Shown here: positions 10,569-21,880 of the stretch, one piece after another | Numbering within the stretch: position 1 is the first letter of the stretch | Layout: every line of letters begins with the position of its first letter | DNA from: Hyphobacterium sp. | GTDB taxonomy: Bacteria > Pseudomonadota > Alphaproteobacteria > Caulobacterales > Maricaulaceae | Direction of reading: 5' to 3' | DNA: 60,524 nt | Assembly (NCBI GenBank): GCA_021604625.1 | Contig: BQJI01000001.1 | Span: 1-60,524, forward strand | Made by a program: the position numbers and the translations under genes | Notes under the pieces: model-generated | What the model saw: the letters and a program-made list of their open reading frames with translations, nothing else | What the model was told of the DNA's origin: nothing | The model's database searches: none

Positions 10569-11014
10569 ATCTCCTGTTCCATCTCGAAAGGTGGTCCCTC
10601 GGGGGTCGAGACCAGCAAGGTCCAGCGACCGGCCGGAATATCAGCCTCTGCCAGATATAGCCCGGCACCAGAGGTTTGCAGGTCCAGCATTATATCCAGA
10701 CCTGAATCCGTCGGGTGACGAAGATAGGCATCCATGATCAATCCTGTAACAGGCAGACCGTCCGCGTCGGCAATGGCCAGCCGCACGCCGCTTCGCGTGA
10801 CTGTGCTGTCCGCCGACCAACCGAGTGCGGCTTGCGCTTCGCGGCGTTCCAGCACGTCATTGTAGTGGATGCCCTGAATGTAGGAACGTGGCTCATCCTC
10901 ACCGCTAAAAGTGCGAAACGCCTGGGCGACGAAAATGATGTTCACCAGAATCACGACGCCAAAAAAAGCGATCAGGGCGAACAGGACGTGATGGCCCTTG
11001 ATTTCACGGATCAT
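10556..11014 (-). CDS. ccoH: FixH/CcoH family protein
   Basis: IKGHHVL...FFGVVILVN...TFSG...AQAALGW; lies between ccoG and ccoI. Confidence 0.9.
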   Translation of the reverse strand: MIREIKGHHVLFALIAFFGVVILVNIIFVAQAFRTFSGEDEPRSYIQGIHYNDVLERREAQAALGWSADSTVTRSGVRLAIADADGLPVTGLIMDAYLRHPTDSGLDIMLDLQTSGAGLYLAEADIPAGRWTLLVSTPEGPPFEMEQEIWLQ

Positions 11015-12495
11015 CGTGATCCTCCCGATAGAAAAACAGTGTCGGCGGACAGGGTCTCATCCGAGCCTTGCGGGGACACCGTGAAGGTCACCGGCTGATT
11101 GGCGGCCGTGATCGCCGATCGTGGCACAGTCAGGAATATCCGGAAATCCTGGGTCCGGCCAGCTGGCACATCAACGATGAGCCCGCGCGCTTCATTCTGC
11201 CCGAGTATGCGCCAGTTCAGACCGTCGGGACCGTCAATGGTAATCGAATACTCCAGCACGTCATGTGTCCGGTTGATGACTTTCAGCGTATAGCCGTTTC
11301 GTACCGAACCATCTGACAGGGTGACGAAATTCGGATTGCGGTCGCGCGTTACATTGACGTCCAGATGCGCCCGGCTGGTCAGTCCGAACAACATGACAGA
11401 TGACACGATCACCAGCGAGATCGCATAGACCAGAACCCGCGGCCTCAAGAACCGATAAACCGGTTTCTTGCCCTCGATCCGGCGGTCAATATTGACGTCG
11501 GTATCATAGGTGATCAGTCCGGTGGGCCGGTCGACTTTCAGCATGATGTCATCACAGGCATCGATGCACAGCGCACACTGGATACACTCCAGTTGCGAGC
11601 CATTGCGGATATCAATGCCCATCGGGCAGGCGACCACGCAGGCCTTGCAATCGATACAATCGCCACGTCCGTCCCAGCTGTCATTTTTCTTGTGTGCACC
11701 ACGCGGTTCACCGCGATCCACGCGGTAGGCGACGTTCAGCGCGTCGCGGTCGGTCATCGCCGCCTGAATGCGCGGCCACGGGCACATATAGGTGCAGACC
11801 TGCTCGCGCATCGTCCCCGCCAGCGTATAGGTCATGAAGGTCAGAATACCGAAGAAAAGATAGGCCGAAAGCGGCGATCCGCCGGTGAAGAAGTGCGACA
11901 GCGTGTCATAGGCGTCGTGGAAATAGAGGATCCACGCCCCGCCGGTTGCGGCAGCGATGAACAGCCACACAATGTGCTTGCCGGTCTTGCGCCACGCCTT
12001 GTTGAAGGACCATCTGGCGCGGTCCAGCTTGATCCGCTTGTTGCGATCGCCTTCGAACATTCGCTCGACGGCGATGAAGAGGTCGGTCCAGACGGTTTGC
12101 GGGCAGGCATAACCACACCACACCCGGCCAAACAGGGCTGTGACCAGAAACAGCGCCAGCGCCGCCATGATCAACAGGCCGGAGACAAAATAGATCTCTT
12201 GCGGCCAGATCTCGATGAAGAAGAAATAGAAGCGATGCCCTTCAAAATCGATCAGCACGGCCTGATCCGGTGCCGACGGTCCGCGATCCCAGCGCAGGAA
12301 GGGAATGAAATAATACGCACCCAGCGATAACAGCAGGAAAACCCACTTCGCCAGCCGGAATTTGCCCTGCACAAGTTGCGGATAGATGGGCTCGCGCTTT
12401 TTGTAGAGCTTGCGCCGCGAAGCATCATTCACCGCTTCAACGCGGTGTTGACGGATGCCCGGTGCAGCAGACTCGCGATTTGGGGCGGTGCTCAT
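11011..12495 (-). CDS. ccoG: cbb3 oxidase accessory protein FixG/CcoG (4Fe-4S)
   Basis: GRVWCGYACPQT, CTYMCPW and two CxxCxxCxxxC ferredoxin motifs. Confidence 0.95.
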   Translation of the reverse strand: MSTAPNRESAAPGIRQHRVEAVNDASRRKLYKKREPIYPQLVQGKFRLAKWVFLLLSLGAYYFIPFLRWDRGPSAPDQAVLIDFEGHRFYFFFIEIWPQEIYFVSGLLIMAALALFLVTALFGRVWCGYACPQTVWTDLFIAVERMFEGDRNKRIKLDRARWSFNKAWRKTGKHIVWLFIAAATGGAWILYFHDAYDTLSHFFTGGSPLSAYLFFGILTFMTYTLAGTMREQVCTYMCPWPRIQAAMTDRDALNVAYRVDRGEPRGAHKKNDSWDGRGDCIDCKACVVACPMGIDIRNGSQLECIQCALCIDACDDIMLKVDRPTGLITYDTDVNIDRRIEGKKPVYRFLRPRVLVYAISLVIVSSVMLFGLTSRAHLDVNVTRDRNPNFVTLSDGSVRNGYTLKVINRTHDVLEYSITIDGPDGLNWRILGQNEARGLIVDVPAGRTQDFRIFLTVPRSAITAANQPVTFTVSPQGSDETLSADTVFLSGGSR

Positions 12496-12537
12496 GCCGG
12501 CACTCTAGCCTTTATTGTCAGACAACGGGGGTGCGGC

Positions 12538-13452
12538 TTATTCTCCGCCTGCACCATTATTCGCGGGCGCAATCTCGCCCCCGCCCAGAGAATAGACATA
12601 GGTGGCCAGCGCGGTGATGGTCGGATCGTCAAGGCGTCCTTCCCAGGCTGGCATCACGCCAAAGGGGCCACGCCAGATCGAGGCCTCGACCTGTTCGGCG
12701 CTGCCGCCATAAAGCCAGATCGCATCGGTCAGGTCCGGTGCGCCCTGAGACACATCGCCGGTGCCATTATCGCCGTGACATGTGGCGCACTGGCTGGCGA
12801 AAATCTCACCGCCAGCGTTCAGCGCCGCAGCTTCAAAACCGGCATTGCCGGACAGGCTGAGCACATAATCGCGGACATGGCGTACATCCTCGCGGCTGAG
12901 CAGGCCATCGGCGCCAAAGGCCGGCATTTGCGAGAAATGCGTGTCCGGATGATCCGAGCGGATGCCATAGCGGATGGTTGTGCGGATCGCATCAAACGAC
13001 CCGCCCCACAGCCAGACATCATCGTTGAGATTGGGGTAGCCGACAAAGCCTTGCGCCCCGGCACCATGACAGGTCGCACAGAAATTCCCGAAGGCCGATT
13101 CCCCGGCCGCCAGCGCAAAGCGGAACAGCACCGGGTCAGCTTCAATGACGTCATATCCTGATGCCGATTCCAGTTCCGCGAAGCTGTCGGCACGCGACGA
13201 TTGCAGGGCATCAAGATCCGCCGCGACATTGACGCGTTCCGAATTGCCGACAACACCGGTCGTATGCCCCTGCATGCCGGGCAGGGCAGGCCAGGCCGGC
13301 ATCAGCACCCAATAGCCGATCGACCACACGATCGAGGCATAGAAGACCCATAACCACCAGCGCGGCATCGGATTGTCGAGCTCGCGGATACCGTCCCATT
13401 CATGGCCGGTTGTCGCAATGCCGGATTCCTCGTCGATATGATCGTCAGACAT
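12538..13452 (-). CDS. ccoP: cbb3 cytochrome c oxidase subunit III
   Basis: TTGHEWDGIRELDNPMPRWW; two CATCH haem motifs. Confidence 0.97.
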   Translation of the reverse strand: MSDDHIDEESGIATTGHEWDGIRELDNPMPRWWLWVFYASIVWSIGYWVLMPAWPALPGMQGHTTGVVGNSERVNVAADLDALQSSRADSFAELESASGYDVIEADPVLFRFALAAGESAFGNFCATCHGAGAQGFVGYPNLNDDVWLWGGSFDAIRTTIRYGIRSDHPDTHFSQMPAFGADGLLSREDVRHVRDYVLSLSGNAGFEAAALNAGGEIFASQCATCHGDNGTGDVSQGAPDLTDAIWLYGGSAEQVEASIWRGPFGVMPAWEGRLDDPTITALATYVYSLGGGEIAPANNGAGGE

Positions 13453-13633
13453 GCGTTTCGTCCTTCTTCCCGTCATCTGTCGACGGGTCGTCATCACTCA
13501 GCGGCATGCGGGCAGCCGCGTCAAATTTGGCACCATTCTTCGGCCACAGCGCATAGACCAGAACACCGAGAAAAACGGTGAAAAAGAAGAGCAAGCCCCA
13601 GGTTTGCGCAAAACTGGCGAGAGTCTGGTACAT
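13445..13633 (-). CDS. ccoQ: cbb3 cytochrome c oxidase subunit IV
   Basis: Small TM protein, FAQTWGLL...FDAAARMPL; lies between ccoO and ccoP. Confidence 0.92.
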   Translation of the reverse strand: MYQTLASFAQTWGLLFFFTVFLGVLVYALWPKNGAKFDAAARMPLSDDDPSTDDGKKDETHV

Positions 13634-13641
13634 GCCGCCTC

Positions 13642-14397
13642 CTAGCGCTGGTTCTCGGGCGCATCCGGGTCATAGGTGGAGAAGTCCACCATCGTGCCGA
13701 GCACCTGAAGATAGGCGATCAGCGCATCCATTTCCGTGATCACAGCGGCATTGCCGTCAAAATTCCGGATCTGGGCGCCGGGATAACGGGCCAGCAAATC
13801 GTCATAGCCGGATGAAAACTCATCGACCTGCGCTTCCAGATCGGTAGCCGCATTTTCAATGGCTTCATCGGAATATGGCACGCCGAGAAACTGATTGACC
13901 CGCAAATGCGCGGCGACCGTCGAATAATCCAGCGCCGCATCCGCCAGAAAGGCGTAAGGCGGCATGATCGATTCCGGCACCACCGATTGCGGATTGATCA
14001 GATGGTCGCGATGCCATTCATCCGAATAGCGTCCACCGACCCGCGCCAGATCCGGCCCGGTGCGTTTCGACCCCCACAGGAAGGGCCGGTCATACATGCT
14101 TTCCGCCGCCAGCGAGTAATGGCCATAGCGCTCAACTTCGTCGCGCAAGGGGCGGATCATTTGCGAGTGGCAATTCACACAGCCTTCGCGAATGTAGATT
14201 TGTCGACCCATCAGCTCCAGCGGCGAATAGGGGCGCACGCCTTCAACCTCTTCAATCGTGGAATTGAGGTAGAAAAGCGGAGCAATCTCGACCAGGCCGC
14301 CAATGGAAATGGTGACGATAATGCCCAGCGTCAGCAGCAGGGATTTTGTTTCCAGGAACTTCTGGTGGAAGCTCTGTTTTTGCGGTGTGTCAGACAT
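13642..14397 (-). CDS. ccoO: cbb3 cytochrome c oxidase subunit II
   Basis: [17 protein letters not shown] and [14 protein letters not shown] motifs. Confidence 0.97.
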   Translation of the reverse strand: MSDTPQKQSFHQKFLETKSLLLTLGIIVTISIGGLVEIAPLFYLNSTIEEVEGVRPYSPLELMGRQIYIREGCVNCHSQMIRPLRDEVERYGHYSLAAESMYDRPFLWGSKRTGPDLARVGGRYSDEWHRDHLINPQSVVPESIMPPYAFLADAALDYSTVAAHLRVNQFLGVPYSDEAIENAATDLEAQVDEFSSGYDDLLARYPGAQIRNFDGNAAVITEMDALIAYLQVLGTMVDFSTYDPDAPENQR

Positions 14398-14407
14398 TCA
14401 ACCGCTC

Positions 14408-16063
14408 CTATTCCGCCGGGATCGCTTGCGGCTGTGGCTCGACGATATCTTCTGTCTCGCTCACATCACCGGTGATCGTTTTGTACATGTTGAAGGCCAT
14501 CACCAGCGCCCCGGCCAGGAACAGCAGGCCGCCAATGGCGCGAATGATGTAATAGGGGTGCATGGCCTCGACCACTTCCACAAACGAGTATTCAAGGAAG
14601 CCGAGCTCGTTATAGGCGCGCCACATCATGCCCTGATTGATGCCCGCAGGCCAAAGCGCGGCGACGTAGAAAACGATGCCGAAAGTGGCGAGCCAGAAAT
14701 GCCATTCGATCAGCGATCGACTCCACATTCCCTTCTTCTTCCACAGCCACGGCACCATGCAATAGATGGCGGCGAAAGATATCATCCCCACCCAGCCCAG
14801 CGCACCGGAATGCACGTGACCGACGGTCCATTCAGTATAGTGCGACAGCGCATTGACCGCGCGCACACTCATCAGCGGTCCTTCGAAGGTCGACATGCCG
14901 TAAAAGGCCAGCGCCAGCACCATCATCCGCACGACCGGATCGGTACGCAGCTTGTCCCATGCGCCGGACAGCGTCATCACGCCATTGATCATCCCGCCCC
15001 AGGACGGCATCCACAGCATGATCGAGAAGGTCATGCCCAGCGTCTGCGCCCATTCCGGCAGAGCGGTGTAGTGCAGATGGTGCGGGCCAGCCCAGATATA
15101 GATGAAGATCAGCGACCAGAAATGCAGGATGGACAGGCGGTAGGAATACACCGGACGTCCGACCCGCTTGGGCACGAAATAATACATGATGCCGAGAAAG
15201 CCGGCGGTCAGGAAGAACCCGACGGCATTGTGGCCATACCACCATTGCGTCAGCGCGTTCTGCACACCGGCGAATACCGAATAGCTGTACGAGCCGAAGG
15301 CATCGACCGGAATCGCCAGATTATTCACGATATGGAGGACGGCGATGGTGACGATGAAAGCGAGATAGAACCAGTTTGCCACATAGATATGCGGCTCCTT
15401 GCGCTTCCACAGCGTACCTAGAAAGACCAGCAGATAGGCGACCCAGACAATGGTTAGCCAGATATCCGCATACCATTCCGGTTCAGCATATTCGAGCGTT
15501 TGCGTAACGCCCATCACATAGCCGGTTGCCGCAATGACGATGAAGAATTGATAGCCCCAGAACACGAACCACGGCCACAAACCGCCCGCCAGACGCGCCC
15601 GGCAAGTGCGCTGGACGACATAGAAAGAGGTGGCGATCAGTGCATTGCCACCAAAGGCAAAGACGACGGCGGAGGTGTGAAGCGGGCGCAATCGACCGAA
15701 GTTCAGAAATCCGAGCTGCTCGAAATAGAACAGGCCCGGCCAGGTCAGCTGCAGCGCGATGAACAGGCCGACGACAAGGCCGGCAACCGCCCAGAAAATG
15801 GTCGCGATCGCCCCGGCCTTGATGACATTGTCATGATAGAAGCCGCTTTCCTCATACCTCCCGTGCCCCGTATAGGCGTTGACCAGAAGGTAAAGTCCGA
15901 CGACAAAGCCGATCAACATCAGCCAGCCATGGGCCACAATTTGCGGGTCCACGCCGCGTGCCGCCGCAATCAGGCTCCAGAAAGCACCGAGAATACAGAT
16001 CAGCCCGATCAGCATTCCGTCGAGACCGGATGATTTTACCGGCATCGCATTGGCTTGCGACAT
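14408..16063 (-). CDS. ccoN: cbb3 cytochrome c oxidase subunit I
   Basis: [29 protein letters not shown] and [10 protein letters not shown] motifs. Confidence 0.98.
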   Translation of the reverse strand: MSQANAMPVKSSGLDGMLIGLICILGAFWSLIAAARGVDPQIVAHGWLMLIGFVVGLYLLVNAYTGHGRYEESGFYHDNVIKAGAIATIFWAVAGLVVGLFIALQLTWPGLFYFEQLGFLNFGRLRPLHTSAVVFAFGGNALIATSFYVVQRTCRARLAGGLWPWFVFWGYQFFIVIAATGYVMGVTQTLEYAEPEWYADIWLTIVWVAYLLVFLGTLWKRKEPHIYVANWFYLAFIVTIAVLHIVNNLAIPVDAFGSYSYSVFAGVQNALTQWWYGHNAVGFFLTAGFLGIMYYFVPKRVGRPVYSYRLSILHFWSLIFIYIWAGPHHLHYTALPEWAQTLGMTFSIMLWMPSWGGMINGVMTLSGAWDKLRTDPVVRMMVLALAFYGMSTFEGPLMSVRAVNALSHYTEWTVGHVHSGALGWVGMISFAAIYCMVPWLWKKKGMWSRSLIEWHFWLATFGIVFYVAALWPAGINQGMMWRAYNELGFLEYSFVEVVEAMHPYYIIRAIGGLLFLAGALVMAFNMYKTITGDVSETEDIVEPQPQAIPAE

Positions 16064-16306
16064 CGAATGTCCCCCAAAAGTAAAAATTCGTCCTGCGAGA
16101 TTATTTCACAGGTGACGCAAGGGTAAAACGGAAAATCCCCTATGAAGAATGTGGCGTTCTGCCACACGGCAGCGCAGCGCGCCCGAGCCTCGCAAGGCGC
16201 ATTGAACATTAACCTTCCGCAACATGCGGCGTTGAAGCATTTGCGCTTTTCGCCTGCGGCGTTAGGTTCCCCGCCAGATTTTAAAGCCTCGAAGGGGAGC
16301 AACCCG

Positions 16307-18565
16307 ATGAAACGTATTCTGATCACCACGACCTGTCTGGCCGCACTCACGCTTGCCGCCTGTTCACAGGACACAGCAGACACGTCCGATACCGCGCCCG
16401 ATGCATCCGCCAATACAGACGCTGTGACCACTGAAGACACCGCCACCGGAGGCACGTCCTCGGAGGAGACAACCGCGTTGGATTGGCAGGCCGAGCTTGA
16501 ATCCAATCCACTGCTCGCCGAAATGTCCGGCCCCTATGGCGGTGTTCCTAACTTTGACGACGCCCGCCTGGAAGACCTCGCGCCGGCGATCCGCGCTGGC
16601 ATGGCCGCCCACCTTGCCGAAATAGACGCCATCGCAAGCAATCCGGACGCCCCGACCTTCGAGAACACCATTGTTGCCATGGAGCGTGCCGGTCAGCCCT
16701 TGGGTCGTGCGTTCAATTACTGGGGTATCTGGTCGTCGAACATGAACAGCCCGGAATTCCGCGCTATTCAGGGCGAGTTGTTGCCAGAGCTTTCAGCCTA
16801 TGGTTCGCAAATCACCCAGAACACAGCCCTGCTTGCACGCGTTCGCGCTGTTTATGAGGGCGATGAGATGGCCAGCTTGCGTGACGATCAGCGCCGTGTG
16901 GTCGAGCTGACCTATGACGGCTTCGCTCATAATGGTGCCCTGCTGGAAGGCGACGACGCGACGCGGTTTGCCGAAATCAATGCGCAGCTTTCCGAATTGC
17001 AGACGAATTTTGCCAATAACGTCCTGCATGACGAAGAAAATTACGTCACCTATATCACCGAAGACCAGCTTTCCGGCCTGCCGGCGTCTTTTGTCGCTGC
17101 CTCCGCCGCTGCCGCTGAATCACGGGAGCATGCCGGTGAATACGCCATCACAAATTCGCGCTCGTCGATGGATCCCTTCCTGACGTTTTCGGACGAGCGG
17201 GATCTGCGCGAGACTGTCTGGCGCAATTATTACAATCGCGGTGACAATGGCGACGAGTATGACAACAATGCCATCATCACCCAGATTCTGACCCTGCGTC
17301 AGGAGCGGTCTGAAATCCTCGGCTATGCCAACTTTGCCGAGTGGCAATTGTCCAATCGTATGGCGCAAACGCCGGATCGCGCGATGGAATTGATGGAAAC
17401 CGTCTGGGAAGCCTCGATTGCCCGCGTTCGCGAGGAAGTCGCCGACATGCAGGCGCTGGCTGATGAGCGGGGTGACAACATCACCATCGAGCCCTGGGAT
17501 TATCGCTATTACATGGAGAAAATCCGTCAGGATCGATATGATCTGGATGCATCAGAAGTCAGCCAGTATCTCGAACTGAACAATCTGCGCGAAGCCATGT
17601 TCTATGTGGCGGGCGAATTGTTCGGCTTTGATTTCGTGCCCGTCGCGGACGGCACGATTCCGGTCTGGCACCCGACCGTGCGCGTCTGGGAGGTCAATAA
17701 CCGTGAAACCGGCGAGAATGTCGGCCTCTGGTATCTCGACCCCTTCGCCCGCCAGGGCAAACGCTCGGGCGCCTGGGCCAATTCCTTCCGCAGCCACACC
17801 ACATTTGACGGGCCGCAAAATGTCCTCGCGACCAATAACTCGAACTTCGTGGAAGGCGCGCCCGGCGAGGCCGTCCTGATTTCCTGGTCAGATGCCGAGA
17901 CCTATTTCCACGAATTCGGTCATGCCTTGCATTACCTGTCCTCCAATGTCGCCTATCCGACCCTGAATGGCGGCGTGCGCGACTACACCGAATTCCAGTC
18001 GCAATTGCTGGAGCGCTGGTTGACCACGGATCCGGTGATCGAGAACTACCTGGTGCATTACGAAACCGGCGAACCCATCCCGGATGATCTGGTGGCCCGA
18101 ATCCGTGCGGCTTCGACCTTCAATCAGGGTTTTGCCACAACCGAATATCTCGCCTCGGCCCTGATGGACATGTATTACCATACCGCTGATCCGGAAGGGC
18201 TGGACCCGGATGCGTTCGAACGTGAAACGCTGGAGCGATTGAATATGCCGGGTGAATTGGTGATGCGTCACCGCAGCCCGCATTTCGGTCACATCTTCTC
18301 CGGTTCCGCCTATTCCGCCGGCTATTACGGCTATATGTGGGCCGATGTGCTCACCTCGGATGCGGCAGAAGCCTTCGCTGAATCGCCCGGCGGATTCTAT
18401 GACGCAGACGTCGCCGCCGCACTGGTCGAACATCTGTTCGCACCGCGCAATTCGGTGGATCCGGCAGATGCCTACCGTGCCTTCCGGGGGCGTGATGCGG
18501 ATATCGCACCACTGATGCGCGATCGCGGCTTCCCGGTTCCGGGTGAAGGCGACGGCGAGGAATAA
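16307..18565 (+). CDS. M3 family metallopeptidase (peptidyl-dipeptidase Dcp-like), lipoprotein
   Basis: LAAC lipobox, KRSGAW, FHEFGHALH zinc motif, YSAGYY. Confidence 0.92.
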   Translation: MKRILITTTCLAALTLAACSQDTADTSDTAPDASANTDAVTTEDTATGGTSSEETTALDWQAELESNPLLAEMSGPYGGVPNFDDARLEDLAPAIRAGMAAHLAEIDAIASNPDAPTFENTIVAMERAGQPLGRAFNYWGIWSSNMNSPEFRAIQGELLPELSAYGSQITQNTALLARVRAVYEGDEMASLRDDQRRVVELTYDGFAHNGALLEGDDATRFAEINAQLSELQTNFANNVLHDEENYVTYITEDQLSGLPASFVAASAAAAESREHAGEYAITNSRSSMDPFLTFSDERDLRETVWRNYYNRGDNGDEYDNNAIITQILTLRQERSEILGYANFAEWQLSNRMAQTPDRAMELMETVWEASIARVREEVADMQALADERGDNITIEPWDYRYYMEKIRQDRYDLDASEVSQYLELNNLREAMFYVAGELFGFDFVPVADGTIPVWHPTVRVWEVNNRETGENVGLWYLDPFARQGKRSGAWANSFRSHTTFDGPQNVLATNNSNFVEGAPGEAVLISWSDAETYFHEFGHALHYLSSNVAYPTLNGGVRDYTEFQSQLLERWLTTDPVIENYLVHYETGEPIPDDLVARIRAASTFNQGFATTEYLASALMDMYYHTADPEGLDPDAFERETLERLNMPGELVMRHRSPHFGHIFSGSAYSAGYYGYMWADVLTSDAAEAFAESPGGFYDADVAAALVEHLFAPRNSVDPADAYRAFRGRDADIAPLMRDRGFPVPGEGDGEE

Positions 18566-18581
18566 GCTCGCCAAAACAATT

Positions 18582-18611
18582 GGCCCGGAGCAAACTGTTC
18601 CGGGCCTTTTT
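18582..18611 (+). terminator. Rho-independent terminator
   Basis: GGCCCGGA-loop-TCCGGGCC followed by a T-run, just after the M3 stop. Confidence 0.7.
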
Positions 18612-18653
18612 GTATCTGCATACAATTCATCGCCTGCCAGACCGGGGATAGTC

Positions 18654-21317
18654 ATGTCATATCGTATTCTGCTTGCCGCACTCACCGGGCTTTGCCTGAC
18701 CGCTTCTGCCTTTGCGCAAACCGCACAAACGCCGCTGCAGGCTCGATACTCCGGCGACATTCCTGATCTGGAAACGACGCTGGGACATGATTTCGGCGAT
18801 GAGATCACCCCGCCGGAGGACGCGGTTGATTATATCCGCACCCTCGCGTCTGTTGCGCCCGAACGGATGCAGGTCTTCGATTATGCGACCAGCTGGGAAG
18901 GCCGCGACCTCGTCTATGCCGTGATCGGTAGCGAAGCGAACATGGCGCGCCTTGATGATATCCGTGCCGATTTGCAGCAATTAGCCGATCCGCGGGGCCT
19001 GTCCGGCAGCGACCGTGACGCCTTGATTGACCGCCTGCCGGTCGTCGTCTGGCTCGCCTATGGCGTTCATGGTGACGAGATTTCCTCGACCGATGCCGCC
19101 TTGTGGACGGCCTATCATCTACTCGCCGCAGAAAATGATCCGGTCGCCGACACCATTCTCGAAGATGCGCTGGTCATTATTGATCCCACGCAAAACCCGG
19201 ATGGGCGCAACCGGTTCGTCAATTCCTTCGCCCAGGCACGCGGGCTTCAGGCGGACGGTTATCGCTATTCCGCCGAACATGACCAGCCCTGGCCCGGTGG
19301 GCGCGTCAATCACTATCATTTCGATATGAATCGCGACTGGTTCATCATGACCCAGCCTGAAACCCGTGGCCGCACTGCGGCGATGCTGGAATGGCGCCCC
19401 ATGGTGATCGTCGATGCCCATGAAATGGGCGGCGATCAGTCCTATTTCTTCCCGCCGGTCGCCGATCCGGTGAATCCGATCCTGACAGACGATCAGATGG
19501 CAGCCCAGGACGTGATCGGCCTCAATCATGCCAGCTGGTTTGATCGCCTCGGATTTGACTATTTCACCCGCGAAATCTTTGACGCTTTCTATCCCGGCTA
19601 TGGCGATACTTGGCCGATGATGCAGGGCGGTGTCGCCATGACCTATGAGCAGGGCTCGGCACGCGGTCTGGTCTGGACCCGACGCAATGGCGAGGATCTG
19701 ACCTATGCCGACGGTGTCACCCGCCATTTCATCGCCAGCCTCTCGACCGCAGAGGTCGCGGCGGCCAATCGCGAACGTTTTGTGCGCGGCTTTTATGACG
19801 TGCGGGCCAATGCCAGCGACGGAATGGCCGGTCCGGCAGCAATTCTGCTTTCACGTGAAACAAATCGCTGGGGTGCCGAACAACTGGCGCGCCTGATTGC
19901 CCGGCAGGGAATTGAAATTTCGCGTATCGAGAATGGCGCAAATGCCTGCGGCACCGATTTGCCTGATGGTGGCTTTCTGATCAATCTCAACCAGCCTGCC
20001 GGCCAGCTGGCCCGCGCGCTGTTGCAGCGGGATACACCTTTGCCGCCGGATTTCCTTGAGCTTCAGGAAGATCGCCGCACACGCGGGCTCGACCACGAGC
20101 TTTATGATGTCACCGCCTGGTCCCTGCCGGTCATGTTCAATGTTGCCGCCACTGAATGTATCAGCGCACCCGGCCTGTCGGGCGATGCGGTGCAGGCTGA
20201 CGATCCGGTTGAAGCTGACGTCGCGGCCAGCGCGACCTTTGGCTATGTCATTCCCTGGACCGATGCGGGACAGGCCCGTCTTGTGGCCGCTCTGGCGGCG
20301 GACGGCGTTCCGATGCGCACTTCCAGCGGGGCGTTCACGATTGACGGCGTGACCTGGCCGCAAGGCTCTGTCGTGGTCGCTCGCACCAGCGCACCGGCCA
20401 ATCTGGATTCGCTGATGCGCCTTCATGCGCGCCGTATCGGGGCCAGCTATTCAGGGCTCTCGACCAGCTGGACCGAAAGCGGGCCGAACTTCGGCTCTTT
20501 CCAGTTTGCCGACATTGTTGCGCCGCGTATTGCTATGGCCTGGGGCGAGGGCACGGATGCCAATTCCGTGGGCGGCCTGCGCTATGTGCTCGAACAACGC
20601 CATGGCCTGCCCGTGACCGTGATCCGGGCCGGGTCTCTGGCGCGCGCCGACCTGTCGGCATTTGACGTCTTGATTCTCCCCGAGCAGGGCGGCGGCGGAT
20701 ATAGCGCCGAGCTTGGCAGTCGCGGCGCCGCCAGCCTCACCCGTTTTGCTCAGGGCGGCGGTACGTTGATCGCGCTGGGCGATGCCACCCGCTTTATTAC
20801 CGATCCCGATATTGATCTCCTGCCCGTGCGCCGCGAACTGGCCGCCGATACGCCCTCTTCATCCGCTGCAGAAGGCGCGACGGTATCAGGCAGCATTATC
20901 GAGGACGAGACCGCCCTGCAGGCGGCGCTCGAACCTCGCAATGCCCGGCCGGACACCTCTCCGGGCGCTTTGCTGAACATCACCGCCAATGCCGACAGCT
21001 TCCTGTCGGCCGGTTATAGCAATGGTGCAGCTGCGATGGTCACCGGGTCCGACATTTACACCGCCATCCCGCTGGATGAAGCCGATACGGTTCTCCGCTT
21101 TGCCGGACCGGACGATCTTCTGGCGTCGGGCTATCTCTGGGAAGAAAACATCGCCCAGATCGCGTTCAAACCCTTTGTGGTCGCGCGGCGTACAGGGGCG
21201 GGTTTTGTGGTTGCCTTCACGCAGGATCCGACGGCGAGGGGCTATCAGGCGGGGCTGGATCTGGCAGTTCTGAACGCTGTGATCCTCGGTCCGGCACGCT
21301 CACGCCGCCTGCGATAG
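18654..21317 (+). CDS. M14 family zinc carboxypeptidase with C-terminal GATase-like domain
   Basis: Signal peptide; HGDE, NPDGR, DMNRD and DAHEMG motifs. Confidence 0.88.
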   Translation: MSYRILLAALTGLCLTASAFAQTAQTPLQARYSGDIPDLETTLGHDFGDEITPPEDAVDYIRTLASVAPERMQVFDYATSWEGRDLVYAVIGSEANMARLDDIRADLQQLADPRGLSGSDRDALIDRLPVVVWLAYGVHGDEISSTDAALWTAYHLLAAENDPVADTILEDALVIIDPTQNPDGRNRFVNSFAQARGLQADGYRYSAEHDQPWPGGRVNHYHFDMNRDWFIMTQPETRGRTAAMLEWRPMVIVDAHEMGGDQSYFFPPVADPVNPILTDDQMAAQDVIGLNHASWFDRLGFDYFTREIFDAFYPGYGDTWPMMQGGVAMTYEQGSARGLVWTRRNGEDLTYADGVTRHFIASLSTAEVAAANRERFVRGFYDVRANASDGMAGPAAILLSRETNRWGAEQLARLIARQGIEISRIENGANACGTDLPDGGFLINLNQPAGQLARALLQRDTPLPPDFLELQEDRRTRGLDHELYDVTAWSLPVMFNVAATECISAPGLSGDAVQADDPVEADVAASATFGYVIPWTDAGQARLVAALAADGVPMRTSSGAFTIDGVTWPQGSVVVARTSAPANLDSLMRLHARRIGASYSGLSTSWTESGPNFGSFQFADIVAPRIAMAWGEGTDANSVGGLRYVLEQRHGLPVTVIRAGSLARADLSAFDVLILPEQGGGGYSAELGSRGAASLTRFAQGGGTLIALGDATRFITDPDIDLLPVRRELAADTPSSSAAEGATVSGSIIEDETALQAALEPRNARPDTSPGALLNITANADSFLSAGYSNGAAAMVTGSDIYTAIPLDEADTVLRFAGPDDLLASGYLWEENIAQIAFKPFVVARRTGAGFVVAFTQDPTARGYQAGLDLAVLNAVILGPARSRRLR

Positions 21318-21464
21318 CCGCCACGCTGATCATTTTCGAAAAACGCAGCGCGTTTTTGAAAAACATCGCGCGATTTTCGAAATCGCGGAGCATTCGGATG
21401 TGTCAGCCCCCAGTTTGATCTCGTCAGCCGCCTCCCCCGCGGCAAATAACAAACGAGGTCGATT

Positions 21465-21800
21465 ATGTTGAACGCACTCCTTCCCGCCCTGTTTCTGGGC
21501 AGCGCCGCCATCGCCGGGCAACCGGCCAGCGCCGAACTCGCCTATACACAGGCCGAACTGACCACCGAAAGCGGCACACAAGCCGTCTATCAGCGCGTCG
21601 TGAATGTCGCGGAAACCGTCTGCGAAACCGAAAACCGCCATGCCGTCATGTCGGCCCGTGCAACGCGCACCTGCGTCGCCGACACAATCGACCGGGCGCT
21701 CGCACAGATTTCCGCACCCCGACTGGATGAAATTCACGCCTCCCGGAGCATCTCCCCAGATGGACGGGACCGTGTTTTGCTGGCCGCTTCGAGCGACTAG
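21465..21800 (+). CDS. UrcA family periplasmic protein
   Basis: Signal peptide; L-TTESG...VYQRV...AETVC...C...DRALAQI pattern with two Cys. Confidence 0.75.
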   Translation: MLNALLPALFLGSAAIAGQPASAELAYTQAELTTESGTQAVYQRVVNVAETVCETENRHAVMSARATRTCVADTIDRALAQISAPRLDEIHASRSISPDGRDRVLLAASSD

Positions 21801-21808
21801 CTCTATCA

Positions 21809-21860
21809 CCTGCCAGCTTCTTCGAACCGTTTCGGACGGAAAAGCTGGCAGGATTTTTTT
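21809..21860 (+). terminator. Rho-independent terminator
   Basis: CCTGCCAGCT...AGCTGGCAGG stem followed by ATTTTTTT. Confidence 0.65.
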
Positions 21861-21880
21861 GTCGAGGGCATAATGGCGTC

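Noticed and set aside
16064-16306. FNR/FixK box expected upstream of ccoN
   Set aside because: No TTGAT-N4-ATCAA is visible, only a half-site-like TTGCG on the minus strand near 16116-16120; not enough to call.
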